Positions 10,477-21,166 of a DNA stretch of 64,000 bases are shown piece after piece. The notes under the pieces were generated by a model that worked only from the letters and a program-made list of their open reading frames with translations, made no database searches and was not told the origin of the DNA. Source of the stretch: Flavobacteriales bacterium (lineage in GTDB: Bacteria > Bacteroidota > Bacteroidia > Flavobacteriales_F > PHOS-HE28); NCBI GenBank assembly GCA_016788205.1, contig JAEUTA010000032.1:16394-80393 (forward strand). The letters run 5' to 3'. Both the position numbers and the translations under genes were made by a program. Each line of letters starts with the position of its first letter. Position 1 is the first letter of the stretch.

Positions 10477-11399
10477 TCGTTCACCTTTTCGAACACCATG
10501 CGGTAGTGCTCGAAGATCTCACGTTCGAACACTTGCAGGTTCGGTGCGATCTGATAGCGCCGCACCCATTTGCGGAAATCGCTACTGAACAACTTCGGCA
10601 GAAGCGTTGCATACAGACCGTACTTCTGTAGATCGAACTTGTTGAACGCGGCTGTCCACCGGGCGATGGTCTCGATATAGTCCAGGCGACCACTATCGAT
10701 CGAAACGAGTTTGAAGTTCCCTTTCGCCGGTTCGATCATTCCCTCACTTCCGTACGGTAGCCAGGAGCCCGGGAACACGTCACACACCAGGTCCATCAGT
10801 TCTTCGCCGGAGTAGCTCTTTCGGTTCTTCCACACGTTGGTCTGGCCGAATTTGATGTCCTCGAACTTCACCATGTTCGGTCCGAACACCATGGTCTGGC
10901 AATAGAAGCGGCCACCCACCGGCAACAGATCGCTCACCTGCTTGAAGTAGGTGCGATAGATCTCGTCCTGCTTGCCAGCGCGGTACTCTTCCACGGAACA
11001 TAAGTGCTCCGGACTACCCATGGCGCACACCGCATCGAACTTGCCGAACGTGGCCGGCGTGATCGCCTTGGAATCCATGTGATGAACGTTCAACCCGTTC
11101 TTGCGGCAGGCATCGGCCTGGCCTTTCGCCAATACAACACCCGTGGTAGAAACACCGTGACGGTTCAGGTAATCGATGAAAGCACCCCAACCGCAACCGA
11201 TGTCGAGCACCTTGCTGCCCGACTTGATGTTGCAATGGTCCATAATGAACTTGTGCTTCTTCTCCTGCGCCTGTTCCAGCGTGAGCGAGAAGTCCCCATC
11301 GAAGCGTGCGCCACTGTAGCCGCCCTTCTCGCCCAAGCTCAGGCGGAAGATCTTGTCCATGGTGGTGTAATGCGCGTCGAGGTCTTGCTGGTCGGCCAT
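10473..11399 (-). CDS. Class I SAM-dependent methyltransferase, cyclopropane-fatty-acid/mycolic-acid synthase (CMAS)-like
   Basis: AHY...YS.A.F..TLEQAQ.KK, VLDIGCGWG, FDAV..MGSPEH, VFPGSWLP and Y.ET..RW match the CMAS family layout. Confidence 0.85.
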   Translation of the reverse strand: MADQQDLDAHYTTMDKIFRLSLGEKGGYSGARFDGDFSLTLEQAQEKKHKFIMDHCNIKSGSKVLDIGCGWGAFIDYLNRHGVSTTGVVLAKGQADACRKNGLNVHHMDSKAITPATFGKFDAVCAMGSPEHLCSVEEYRAGKQDEIYRTYFKQVSDLLPVGGRFYCQTMVFGPNMVKFEDIKFGQTNVWKNRKSYSGEELMDLVCDVFPGSWLPYGSEGMIEPAKGNFKLVSIDSGRLDYIETIARWTAAFNKFDLQKYGLYATLLPKLFSSDFRKWVRRYQIAPNLQVFEREIFEHYRMVFEKVND

Positions 11400-11554
11400 G
11401 GGGTGGTGTTAGGGGACACCCGAAGAGGATGATGGAGACAAGGTAGGGTTGAGAGCGATATCGAGCATAAGGATGGCGGACGGAAAAAGACCTTGCTCGG
11501 CGGAACTTCCTGTCGTCCTCTATCAGAACGATAGCACAGTCCTCACAAGACGTT

Positions 11555-11920
11555 TTAACCCTTCAGTGTCCATCGGAACAGATCATAAGCCAAGGGGTAA
11601 GACAGCAAAGCTCCGAACGAACAACCCACTGCGAAAAGCAACCAACGATAACGCGCCAGTAACGATTGCCAATGCGTTCCCATGAGCAAGAACTCGACTA
11701 CATACACAATGGTGTAGCAGATGTTCGCGCAAATGAAGTAGAAGCCCAATCCCAAAACACAAAGCAACGAAGGCAACTACGCTAGGTGATGCTTGGGCGC
11801 AGAATAATGGATATACGCCAGTAGGGTTAGCACGGCCAGAGTGGCGAGGAAGATCAACCGCCTTCTTTCCCAGAATAGGATGGCTTCCTTCCGGTAGCTC
11901 GCCAAGGCATCAACAGCCAT
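11555..11920 (-). pseudogene. Small membrane protein gene interrupted by an in-frame TAG at codon 48
   Basis: ATG 11920 gives MAVDALASYRKEAILFWERRRLIFLATLAVLTLLAYIHYSAPKHHLA, then TAG (11779-11777), then the same frame continues LPSLLCVLGLGFYFICANICY..RYRWLLFAVG..KG to TAA at 11555. Confidence 0.7.
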
Positions 11921-11942
11921 GGAAGAAGTTTAGTAGGTCGAC

Positions 11943-13181
11943 CTACAGCCCCAACAACACCTCTCCCGGCTCCTTCGCGCCGAAGATCAGTTTGTTCGGA
12001 TCCTCGATCATCTCCTTCACCTTGTACAGGAAGCTCACGCTTTCCTTGCCGTCGATGATGCGGTGATCGTAGCTGAGCGCCACGTACATGATCGGGCGGA
12101 TCACCACCTGACCGTTCACGGCGATGGGGCGCTCCACGATGTTGTGCATGCCGAGGATCGCGCTCTGCGGCGGGTTGATGATCGGCGTGCTGAGCATGCT
12201 GCCGAACACGCCGCCGTTGGTGATGGTGAACGTACCGCCGGTCATCTCGTCGATGCTGAGCTTGCCATCGCGCGCTTTCACGGCCAGCGCTTTGATGCCG
12301 CCTTCGATCTCGGCGAGGCTCATGCGTTCGGCATTGCGCAGAACAGGCACCATCAAGCCTTTCGGGCTACTCACGGCGATACCGATGTCGGCGTAGTCAT
12401 GCGTGATGATCTCTTCTCCATCGATCTGACCATTCACGGTCGGGAAGAGACGCAGTGCTTCAGTCACGGCTTTGGTGAAGAAGCTCATGAAGCCCAGGTT
12501 CACACCATGCGCTTCCTTGAACTTGTCCTTGTACTTCTCGCGAACGGCCATCACGGCGCTCATGTCCACCTCGTTGAAGGTGGTGAGCATCGCGGTCTGG
12601 TTCTTCACGGCCACCAAACGTTTCGCAACGGTCTGGCGCAATGAGGTCATCTTGGTACGCTTCGCCTCGCGTGAACCACCCCAGCCGTTCATGGCGATGG
12701 CATCGGCCTTCACACCACCGGAGACGTAGGCGGCCACGTCGCTCTTCGTAACACGACCGTTGGGACCACTGCCTTTCACCTTGTCGGCGCTGAGGCCTTT
12801 CTCGTTCAACATCGCTTTCGCAACGGGTGTTGCGCTGGCCGTGTTGACAGGTGCAGGCGCAGCAGCAGGTGCAGGCTTCTTTGCCTCTTGCACCTGTTCC
12901 TGCGCCTTTGGCTTTTCTTCCTTCTTCGCAGCCGGAGCGGCAACGCTCGTATCGATACGCGCCACCACATCACCCACGTTCACCGTTTGATCGGCCTCGG
13001 CGAGCAGCTTCACCTGTCCTGCTCCTTCGGCCACGAGTTCAAGCGTCGCCTTGTCGCTGTCGATCTCGGCGATCACCTGGTCCTTGTTCACCACGTCGCC
13101 ATCCTTCACGAGCCATTGTGCGATGCGCACTTCACTGATGCTCTCTCCGGGACTGGGGACTTTGATATCGACTGTGGCCAT
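11943..13181 (-). CDS. sucB: 2-oxoglutarate dehydrogenase E2, dihydrolipoyllysine-residue succinyltransferase
   Basis: Lipoyl domain ([11 protein letters not shown]), E3-binding domain and catalytic YDHRIIDG. Confidence 0.97.
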   Translation of the reverse strand: MATVDIKVPSPGESISEVRIAQWLVKDGDVVNKDQVIAEIDSDKATLELVAEGAGQVKLLAEADQTVNVGDVVARIDTSVAAPAAKKEEKPKAQEQVQEAKKPAPAAAPAPVNTASATPVAKAMLNEKGLSADKVKGSGPNGRVTKSDVAAYVSGGVKADAIAMNGWGGSREAKRTKMTSLRQTVAKRLVAVKNQTAMLTTFNEVDMSAVMAVREKYKDKFKEAHGVNLGFMSFFTKAVTEALRLFPTVNGQIDGEEIITHDYADIGIAVSSPKGLMVPVLRNAERMSLAEIEGGIKALAVKARDGKLSIDEMTGGTFTITNGGVFGSMLSTPIINPPQSAILGMHNIVERPIAVNGQVVIRPIMYVALSYDHRIIDGKESVSFLYKVKEMIEDPNKLIFGAKEPGEVLLGL

Positions 13182-13229
13182 CTACTGAGGTATGAGGGGG
13201 TATGTGAGCGGTGTGAAGTGTGACGTGCT

Positions 13230-16010
13230 TCAGGCTTTGACCTTCGCCGCGGTCGTCGCGGACTTCGAGAACGCTTGTTCGATGATCTTGATCTGCTGGT
13301 TCGCGCTGCGTTTGCTGCTGCCCGTAGCGGGTGCTCCGCTCGCGGGGCGTGCGATAACCTCCCACTTGATGTCGGTGAAGTTCATCGCCATATAGCTCCA
13401 AGCACCCATGTTCAGGGGCTCTTCCTGCACCCAGATGTAGCGCTCGGCTTTCGCGTACTTCTTGATCACCTCGCGCATCTGTTCAGCGGGCAGCGGGTGC
13501 AGTTGCTCGAGGCGAACCAACGCGGTGTCAGTAATGCCGTTCTTCTCGCGGTGTTCGGCGAGGTCGTAGTGGATCTTGCCTTGTGTGAAGATCACCGTCT
13601 TCACCTTCTTCGCATCTGCGGAAGCATCGTCGATCAGTTCCTGGAACTTGCCGGTCGCCAGTTCATCCAACTTGCTCACGCACTTCGGGTGACGCAATAA
13701 ACTCTTCGGCGAGAACACGATCAGCGGCTTGCGGAAATCCCACTTCAGCTGGCGGCGCAAGGCATGGAAGAAGTTCGCCGGCGTGGTGCAGTTCACCACC
13801 ACCATGTTGCCATCCGCGCAGCTCTGGAGGAAACGCTCCAACCGTGCGCTGCTGTGCTCGGCACCCTGTCCTTCGTAGCCGTGCGGCAACAAGAGGACGA
13901 TACCGTTCTGCGTGTTCCACTTCTCCTCCGCGCAGCACAGGTATTGATCGAGGATGATCTGTGCGCCATTGACGAAATCGCCGAACTGCGCTTCCCAGAT
14001 CGTGAGCGTCTGCGGATTGGTGAGCGCGTAGCCGTACTCGAAACCGAGCACCGCGTATTCGCTCAGCAGCGAGTTGTAGATCTGCAACAACGCCTGACCA
14101 TCCTGGATGTGTTTCAGGTGGATGAACTCTTCTTCGCTGTCCTCCACCTTCACCACGGCGTGGCGATGGCTGAAGGTGCCGCGTTCCACATCCTGTCCGG
14201 TGAAACGGACGGGATGTCCTTCGATCAGCAATGATCCGTAGGCCAGCAATTCGGCCATGCCCCAATCGAGGGTCTCATCGGCCATCATCTTCTTGCGGTC
14301 GTTCAGGATCTTCTCCAGCTTGCTGAAGAACTTCTTGCCATCGGGATGCAGCGCGGTGAGCTTCTCGCCGATCATCTGCAGCACCTCCTTCTTCACCTTC
14401 GTTTCGGGCGAAACGAGGAAGTCCTTCGGTTCGGCGCGCTTGAAGCCTTTCCAGCGCTCGTCCATGAAGTTGGTGATCTTCCCAACACGCACCTGCTTGG
14501 CTTCAGTGAGCCGTGCATCGAGCATCTCGGTGAACGAGCGCTCCATCTCCTGTGCCATCTCGCGTGCACCCTCCACCCCGCTGTCGATCAAGCGTTGCGT
14601 GTAGATCTCGCGCGGATCGGGGTGTGCAGCGATCGCCTTGTACAGCAAGGGTTGCGTGAACTTCGGTTCGTCGCCCTCGTTGTGGCCGTGCTTGCGGTAG
14701 CACAGGATGTCCACCCAGATGTCGGTACCGTACTTCTGACGGTAGTCCATGGCCAACTCGATTGTGTAGGCCACAGCCTCTGCGTCATCGCCATTCACAT
14801 GGAACACCGGACATTGCGTGGTCTTCGCCACATCGGTGCAATACGTGCTGGTGCGCGCATCCACGTAGTTGGTGGTGAAGCCAACCTGGTTGTTCACCAC
14901 GATGTGGATGGTTCCGCCCACGTCGTAGGCCTTCAAGCCAGCCATCTGAACCACTTCATACACCACACCTTGACCAGCAACGGCAGCATCGCCGTGGATG
15001 ATGATCGGGGCGGTGATGCCTTTGGCGAAATGGTCGTCGTGCTCGATGATGGCACGAGCGATGCCTTCCATTACGGGGCCCACGCTTTCCAAGTGGCTGG
15101 GGTTCGGCGCGAGGGTCAGGCGGACCTCCTTGCCTTCGTTCGTCTTCACGATGGAGCTGTAGCCCATGTGGTACTTCACGTCACCTTCCACGAGTTGGTC
15201 CTCGTAGTCCTTGCCCTCGAACTCGCTGAAGATGGCATCGTAGCTCTTGCGCATGGTGTTGGCCAGCACGTTGAGGCGGCCCCGGTGCGCCATGCCGATC
15301 ACGTATTCGGTGATGCCCAATTCGGCACCACGCTCGATCACTTTATCCAATGCGGGGATCAAGGCTTCGGCGCCTTCGATGCTGAAGCGTTTCGCGCCGA
15401 TGAACTTCTTGCCGAGGAATTTCTCGAAGACCACGGCCTCGTTCAACTTCTCCAGGATCTCTTTCTTCTGCTCCAGGTTGAAGTTGGGCGTGTTGCGCAC
15501 GCTTTCCATGCGCTCCTGCATCCAGCGGATCTTCTCCGGGTTGCGGATGTAGCGGAACTCCACGCCAATGCTCTGGCAGTAAGTCTGCTTCAGCAACGAA
15601 ACGATGTCGCGCAGTTTGCTGGGGCCGATGCCCACTTCATTCCCTGCGCTGTAGACGGTGTCCAGATCGGCTTCAGCGAGACCGAACTGCTCCAGTTCCA
15701 GCGTGGGGTCGTAGCGACGGCGATCGCGGACCGGGTTGGTCTTGGTGAAGAGGTGCCCGCGCTGGCGGTAGGCATTGATCAGGTCAATGACCTTGAACTC
15801 CTTCTCGAAGCGCTCGTTGCCCCCTGGCGCGGGTGCCCCCTTCGCCGCAGTGAGGGATACGCCATCGTCATTGACGGACTTGGCGAAATCGAAACCCTCG
15901 AAGAACCGGGCCCAGCCGGTCTCCACGCTTGAGGGGTCCTTTTGGTACTGCTGGTACAGGTCGTCCAGCCATACGCTGTCGACGTTGCTGAGGTAGGAAT
16001 ACTTGTCCAT
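13230..16010 (-). CDS. sucA: 2-oxoglutarate dehydrogenase E1 component
   Basis: GMAHRGRLNV, NPSHLE, HGDAAVAGQG, WEAQFGDF, LPHGYEGQGAEHSSAR; lies upstream of sucB. Confidence 0.97.
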   Translation of the reverse strand: MDKYSYLSNVDSVWLDDLYQQYQKDPSSVETGWARFFEGFDFAKSVNDDGVSLTAAKGAPAPGGNERFEKEFKVIDLINAYRQRGHLFTKTNPVRDRRRYDPTLELEQFGLAEADLDTVYSAGNEVGIGPSKLRDIVSLLKQTYCQSIGVEFRYIRNPEKIRWMQERMESVRNTPNFNLEQKKEILEKLNEAVVFEKFLGKKFIGAKRFSIEGAEALIPALDKVIERGAELGITEYVIGMAHRGRLNVLANTMRKSYDAIFSEFEGKDYEDQLVEGDVKYHMGYSSIVKTNEGKEVRLTLAPNPSHLESVGPVMEGIARAIIEHDDHFAKGITAPIIIHGDAAVAGQGVVYEVVQMAGLKAYDVGGTIHIVVNNQVGFTTNYVDARTSTYCTDVAKTTQCPVFHVNGDDAEAVAYTIELAMDYRQKYGTDIWVDILCYRKHGHNEGDEPKFTQPLLYKAIAAHPDPREIYTQRLIDSGVEGAREMAQEMERSFTEMLDARLTEAKQVRVGKITNFMDERWKGFKRAEPKDFLVSPETKVKKEVLQMIGEKLTALHPDGKKFFSKLEKILNDRKKMMADETLDWGMAELLAYGSLLIEGHPVRFTGQDVERGTFSHRHAVVKVEDSEEEFIHLKHIQDGQALLQIYNSLLSEYAVLGFEYGYALTNPQTLTIWEAQFGDFVNGAQIILDQYLCCAEEKWNTQNGIVLLLPHGYEGQGAEHSSARLERFLQSCADGNMVVVNCTTPANFFHALRRQLKWDFRKPLIVFSPKSLLRHPKCVSKLDELATGKFQELIDDASADAKKVKTVIFTQGKIHYDLAEHREKNGITDTALVRLEQLHPLPAEQMREVIKKYAKAERYIWVQEEPLNMGAWSYMAMNFTDIKWEVIARPASGAPATGSSKRSANQQIKIIEQAFSKSATTAAKVKA

Positions 16011-16132
16011 GTAGTTGGCCCCGAGAAGCCGGGGTAAAGGTAGTTCTTGGATCTGGCGGGGCCTGTTTACGGTGGTCCATCATCCACAGTTCCCGACTCA
16101 TTCCCAGCCGGTCTGACTGAACGGTCAGGCTT

Positions 16133-16498
16133 TCAAAAGCTACCAGCGTATCGCAGGCGGGTGAGCACCTTCTGCAACGCCCGCAGCACCACCTGCCCGG
16201 CTAGTGCGTGCAACCCGCCGCTGGCCAGCGTTCGCCGGAAGTGGGGCTCCGGGATGTCCACCCGGTACATCGCCACTTTGAGCGCGTGCTCACCTTGCGA
16301 ATCGAGTTGTTGAAGCACGGGTAGCACTTGCTCTCGCAATCCCTCGAACGCGGTATCCACTTCAGCCGGTGCGTTCAGATCGTCGCAAGAAAGTGAGAGG
16401 TCCTTGCAGAGTTGTTCCATGGTCGAACGCAGCACTTCGGCGCGATCCAGATGCCGCTGGATGGACACATCGCCGGATCTTGACAGTTGATCGTCCAT
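16133..16498 (-). CDS. Conserved hypothetical protein
   Basis: 121-aa ORF with Q..KD..., YRVDIPE and R.LQKV..R, a pattern I recall from a conserved Bacteroidota hypothetical family. Confidence 0.7.
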   Translation of the reverse strand: MDDQLSRSGDVSIQRHLDRAEVLRSTMEQLCKDLSLSCDDLNAPAEVDTAFEGLREQVLPVLQQLDSQGEHALKVAMYRVDIPEPHFRRTLASGGLHALAGQVVLRALQKVLTRLRYAGSF

Positions 16499-16588
16499 GC
16501 TGTGGAGAACTTGGGCAAAGGTGGGTGTGCTATGGCACTATTTTCGCCCTCGTCGGAACCAGAAACCGAACGAACGATCCCTCAACCC

Positions 16589-17467
16589 ATGCGCTTGACC
16601 TTGTTAATGGCCACCGTGGCCGCAACGACCTTTTCCGCAGCAGCCCAGTACGGCACCTTCTCCACTACGGCTGTAAAGGCGGCGAAAGCCACCAAGACCA
16701 TCGTGGTGCTCGATGCTGGAGATTCTCCTTACAACAGAGCGATGATCGACGCGATCAAAGCGGACTGGAAATTCACCTCGGCGTTCGAGTTCGTGACCAC
16801 GGGCGAACTGGCCGCACAACCGATCGCACCGGACAAGACTTATCTGCTGAAGACCGCGAAGACCGATCCGGTGAAATTCGACGCCACGTTCCTCACGCTC
16901 GTGCAGGGTTGGAAAGTGAAGAAAGGCGAAGTGCTGGAGCAGAAGGACAATGCCTTCACCTCGATCACCCCGGACCATGAACTGGCCTTCATCCAGATCG
17001 ACCCGAAGGCGATCAACGAGAAGAACATGAACGCCATGGTGGCCCTTTATGTGAAACACCTGCTGAACTACCTGACGCTGGTGGAGTCAGGCAAGATCAC
17101 CGATAAGGCTACGGCTGACCGCACCTACTCCAGCCGGAACCGTACGATCCGCGACACTGAACTGTGGATGGCTCAAGACCACCTTGATAAGAGCATTCCT
17201 GATGCGGCTAAATTGAAAGAGAGCTACACCGCACCCTGCCAGGTGATGGCTTTGAGCCAGTTGCCCAGCGCCGTGGAGAAAAAGGACAAAGGCTTAACGG
17301 TGAGCGATGTGATCATCACCGGAGAGAACAAGAACAAGCATTGTTTCAAGCGGATCTTCAATGCAGGCACCGGCGAGCTCATGTTCTTGCGTGATGATGC
17401 CGCCATCTTCGGAAAGAAGGAAGGCTTCCTGGACGAGGACCTGAAGACCATCGAGCGAGCGCGCTGA
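16589..17467 (+). CDS. Hypothetical secreted protein
   Basis: Start reset to MRLTLLMATVAATTFSAAAQ (signal peptide). Host-like codon usage; TATTTTCG box at 16539. Confidence 0.8.
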   Translation: MRLTLLMATVAATTFSAAAQYGTFSTTAVKAAKATKTIVVLDAGDSPYNRAMIDAIKADWKFTSAFEFVTTGELAAQPIAPDKTYLLKTAKTDPVKFDATFLTLVQGWKVKKGEVLEQKDNAFTSITPDHELAFIQIDPKAINEKNMNAMVALYVKHLLNYLTLVESGKITDKATADRTYSSRNRTIRDTELWMAQDHLDKSIPDAAKLKESYTAPCQVMALSQLPSAVEKKDKGLTVSDVIITGENKNKHCFKRIFNAGTGELMFLRDDAAIFGKKEGFLDEDLKTIERAR

Positions 17468-17573
17468 ATCATCCCCCTGAACAGGAACACCCGTGGCGAG
17501 GCCATGGGTGTTCTTGCATGTAGCCTGTAGATCCCCTGCTGTGCGATACCTTGCGGTACCCTCATCCGAAGCC

Positions 17574-19253
17574 ATGTCGAACCGCCTATTTGCATTGCTA
17601 CCGTTGCTTCTTCTGCTAACCGGCGTACGGGCCGATCATTACGCGGGAGGTTCCATCACCACCCGGTGTACGGGCGGGAACTTCCACGAGATCACCCTCC
17701 AGCTGTTCCGTAATTGCACAGGCACCGCTTTGATCGCCCAGGATCTGTATTTCACCAATGATTGTGGTGTAGAGTTCCAACAAACCCTTCCGACTCCAGT
17801 AAGCACGCAAGACGTTTCCCGGTTATGCACCACCGAATTGCCGAACAGCAGCTGTAACGGTGGATCGCTGATCGGATTCGAACTCGCCACGTTCCAGACC
17901 ACGGTCTACCTGAGCCCATGCACGAACTGGCGCATCTCATGGAACATTTGCTGCCGGAACTCTTCCCTGAACGTGATATCCAACCCCGGCATGTACTTGG
18001 AGACCGTGTTGGACAATACAGGTGGATCGTGCACGTCCTCACCGGTCTTCGACCAGGACTTCATTCCCACTGTCTGCGTTGGACAGGAGGTGAGCCATGA
18101 TGCGAGCGCAGAAGGTGATCCTTCTCATCGCTTGAGCTATCATTTGATCGATGCGCGCTTCGGAAGTCCTGCTCCCTTGCCGGTGAATTACATGTCAGGT
18201 TTTTCGGGCGCCGAACCTTATGCCGGCATGCAGATCGACAGTATTTCCGGTGAGATCACCTTTCAAGCGACGACGGTAGGAAGCGTCATCACAGCTGTGG
18301 AAGTCCGCGAGTTCGATGGTGATGAGATGATACGGACGGTCATGCGCGACTTCCTGTTCGTGATCACGAATTGCACCAACACACCGCCTACGCTTACCAG
18401 CGGTCTGTTCACGAGCAGTACGGGCTCGGCATCCGTCATCGGGGATCGCGCGCTCTCTGTCTGCGGTGGCGATGGCTTCTGCGCTTCGATCAGCATTACG
18501 GACATAGATGCCTCCCAGAGCATCGCCCTTGTGAGCGATGCGACCGAGGCCTTGGCAGGAGCCACCCTCACCACCACTGGGACCAACCCGGTGATGACCG
18601 AACTTTGCTGGGGTGGAGCGGCACCCGGCACATATTCCTTCTCCATCATCGCCAGCGATGATGCGTGTCCGATCATCGGCTCACGCCGCTATGATTATAC
18701 CATAACGGTACTCGACCCGAGCGACCCCGGAACTGGTTCCGATGCTGATGTGTGCGCGAACGGTACGCCCGTGGCCCTTTTCAGCTTCCTAGGCGGAAAC
18801 CCCGATACGGAAGGCACTTGGGAAGGGCCCGATGGTTCGTCAGTCTCCGGAACATTCATGCCTGGGATATCCCTGCCCGGCACCTATTCGTACATCGTAG
18901 GAGATGCTTCTTGTTCTTCAACAGCCGTTGTACAAGTGAGCGTCATTCCTGCTGATGATCCGAATTGCATCACCGCCGGCTTGGAAGACGATACCGCGAT
19001 CAACATCGTTCTGATCGCCGATAGGATCAGTGCACATCGTTTCTGGCTGCAAGCCCCTTCAATGACCGGAACATTGCGCATGCTCGCAGCGGACGGGCGT
19101 ATACTGAGCCAACAACACGTCACCACGCGTACCGGCGTAGCCATTCCCTTTGACGTGCCCCTTGCGCACCAAGGGCTCGTGATCGTCCAGCTGAACGATG
19201 TGAACGGGACCGTTCATCTTGCGCAACGGATGCTCGTCCTTGGGCAGCGTTGA
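17574..19253 (+). CDS. Secreted Cys-rich surface protein, short paralogue of the giant adhesin N-terminus, with a degenerate T9SS-like C-terminal domain
   Basis: MSNRLFALLPLLLLLTGVRA|DHYAGGSITTRC..QLFRNCTG, WNICCRN, CTSSP.F, MRDFLFVITNC, one repeat-like unit (GSDADVC..GTWEG) and a C-terminal G.L..Q...G...PLA.QG.IVQL segment. Confidence 0.8.
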   Translation: MSNRLFALLPLLLLLTGVRADHYAGGSITTRCTGGNFHEITLQLFRNCTGTALIAQDLYFTNDCGVEFQQTLPTPVSTQDVSRLCTTELPNSSCNGGSLIGFELATFQTTVYLSPCTNWRISWNICCRNSSLNVISNPGMYLETVLDNTGGSCTSSPVFDQDFIPTVCVGQEVSHDASAEGDPSHRLSYHLIDARFGSPAPLPVNYMSGFSGAEPYAGMQIDSISGEITFQATTVGSVITAVEVREFDGDEMIRTVMRDFLFVITNCTNTPPTLTSGLFTSSTGSASVIGDRALSVCGGDGFCASISITDIDASQSIALVSDATEALAGATLTTTGTNPVMTELCWGGAAPGTYSFSIIASDDACPIIGSRRYDYTITVLDPSDPGTGSDADVCANGTPVALFSFLGGNPDTEGTWEGPDGSSVSGTFMPGISLPGTYSYIVGDASCSSTAVVQVSVIPADDPNCITAGLEDDTAINIVLIADRISAHRFWLQAPSMTGTLRMLAADGRILSQQHVTTRTGVAIPFDVPLAHQGLVIVQLNDVNGTVHLAQRMLVLGQR

Positions 19254-19319
19254 TCTTTGTGAAGGGTCGAACCTTCGCCCCCTTCATGCGTTTCCTTCGT
19301 GCGAAAAGGAAGAGAACGC

Positions 19320-20222
19320 ATGGCAACGATCCTCATCACCGGTGCATCGGGGCTCATCGGCACGGCTCTCAGTCGATCGCTGCTCGCCTCTGGTCACGTC
19401 GTGCATCATCTTGGACGGGGCGTTTCGACCTCGGTAGCCACGCGTTCTTTCACATGGGACCCTTCCCGCGACGTGATGGACGCTTCGGCGTTGAACGGGG
19501 TCACCCACATCGTGCATCTTGCAGGTGCAGGGATCGCCGATAAGCGTTGGTCGAAGGCTCGTGTTCAGGAGCTGATCACCAGTCGCACAGCAACGGCGCG
19601 TCTACTTCTTCGATGTGCACGCGAGCACGGCCGGAGGATCGACTCATTCGTGAGCGCAGCAGGCATCGGTTACTATGGCGCCGTTACCACCGACCACACC
19701 TTCGTTGAGAACGATGGACCAGCCTCCGACACGATCGGGACGATCAGTTCTGCGTGGGAGTCAGCTGTAGATGAATGGCGCACCCTTACGCGCGTCGTGA
19801 AGTTGCGCACACCCGTGGTCTTGACGAACGACGGTGGCGCGCTTCCTAAACTGGCCGCCCCGGTAAAATTCGGTCTAGGTGCACCGGTCGGTAGCGGTCG
19901 GCAGTGGATGCCATGGGTGCATCTCGCAGACCTGGTGCGCATCTATGGTACCGCCTTGTTCAACGAACGAATGGAGGGTGCCTACAACGTGAACACCGGG
20001 AATGACGTGCGCAACGATGACTTCATGCGCACCATGGCCCAGACATTACATAAGCCGTATTTCCTGCCCGGAGTCCCTGCATTCGCCCTACGACTTGCAT
20101 TAGGTGAATTATCCTCAGTGCTTCTGGAAGGTTCACGCGCGTCCAACGCCAGGCTGCTTGAGACCGGATTCCAGTTCGACCATCCCCAGCTAAAGATGGC
20201 CCTCACGGGCCTCTACCGTTAA
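19320..20222 (+). CDS. TIGR01777 family NAD-dependent epimerase/oxidoreductase
   Basis: ILITGASGLIG, HLAGAGIADKRW, GSGRQWMPWVH, C-terminal LETGFQF. Confidence 0.92.
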   Translation: MATILITGASGLIGTALSRSLLASGHVVHHLGRGVSTSVATRSFTWDPSRDVMDASALNGVTHIVHLAGAGIADKRWSKARVQELITSRTATARLLLRCAREHGRRIDSFVSAAGIGYYGAVTTDHTFVENDGPASDTIGTISSAWESAVDEWRTLTRVVKLRTPVVLTNDGGALPKLAAPVKFGLGAPVGSGRQWMPWVHLADLVRIYGTALFNERMEGAYNVNTGNDVRNDDFMRTMAQTLHKPYFLPGVPAFALRLALGELSSVLLEGSRASNARLLETGFQFDHPQLKMALTGLYR

Positions 20223-21166
20223 GAAACTCGGGCACGTAGCGCATTCGCCAATATCCGCAGATCCTCTGTGGATCGTCCGGGTCCATCAAGGTCGTCCAAC
20301 TGGGCGAAAGCTATTCCCTCAAGACGCGCGACTTCTATTTCCGCTTCACGCTCCACACCATATTCGCGCAGTGCTTGGACCATCAGCTTTGCATCCCGCT
20401 GAACGGAGGGAAGCCGCAATTGATCCATCAGTACGTTGCGGCCAAGATGCTGCTCCAGTTCCAGTCCGCGTATCAGCAACCAGGTCTTCTTTCCATTTCG
20501 AAGATCCCCGCCGCTCACCTTCCCTGTTCTGTCATCATCGCCGAACGCATCCAGGAGGTCATCGCGCAGCTGGAAGGCAAGGCCCAGGTTCTCACCGAAG
20601 CTCGAGATGCGCTCCTGGTCATCCAACGGTGCTCCGGCCTTACATGCCCCGATGCGCAGTGCACACGCCAGGAGAACAGCGGTCTTAAGGCGGATCATGG
20701 CCGCATAGTCGCTCAACGAGACGATATCGCGCCGCTCGAAATCCATGTCGAGTTGTTGCCCCTCACAAACTTCGATCGCGTGCCGATTGAAAATGGACAA
20801 CACTTCGGCGTTCGCGCCCATCAGCTGGTAAGCCTTCACGAGCATGGCATCCCCACTCAGGATGGCGGTGTTCACATCCCATTTCGCATGTACCGTGGGC
20901 CGCCCCCGTCGAAGGGGTGATGCGTCCATGATGTCATCATGCATCAGGGTGAAGTTGTGGAAGAGTTCGATGGCGACGGCTTCATCCAGAACATCTTTCC
21001 CATGTCCGCCGAACAGTTCACACCCCATCACGGTAAGCACCGGGCGAACACGCTTCGCAGGGAGGCTTAACAGATAGGCCATGGGCTCATACAAGGTACC
21101 CTTGGGCAGCGACTCCATCCAGCGCTGCAGATGGGCATCCACGAGTGCACGTTGAACGACCATCAA
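20219..21166 (-). CDS. Polyprenyl synthetase (geranylgeranyl/farnesyl diphosphate synthase family)
   Basis: [42 protein letters not shown]. Confidence 0.93.
   Translation of the reverse strand: MMVVQRALVDAHLQRWMESLPKGTLYEPMAYLLSLPAKRVRPVLTVMGCELFGGHGKDVLDEAVAIELFHNFTLMHDDIMDASPLRRGRPTVHAKWDVNTAILSGDAMLVKAYQLMGANAEVLSIFNRHAIEVCEGQQLDMDFERRDIVSLSDYAAMIRLKTAVLLACALRIGACKAGAPLDDQERISSFGENLGLAFQLRDDLLDAFGDDDRTGKVSGGDLRNGKKTWLLIRGLELEQHLGRNVLMDQLRLPSVQRDAKLMVQALREYGVEREAEIEVARLEGIAFAQLDDLDGPGRSTEDLRILANALRARVS

Noticed and set aside
11777-11779. Genome-wide TAG recoding or pyrrolysine
   Set aside because: TAG serves as the normal stop of several well-identified genes in the window, and no pyl genes are visible.
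12063-15932. Long plus-strand ORFs such as 14346-15932 (528 aa) and 12063-12644
   Set aside because: Antisense to sucA/sucB; expected from high GC3 codon bias.
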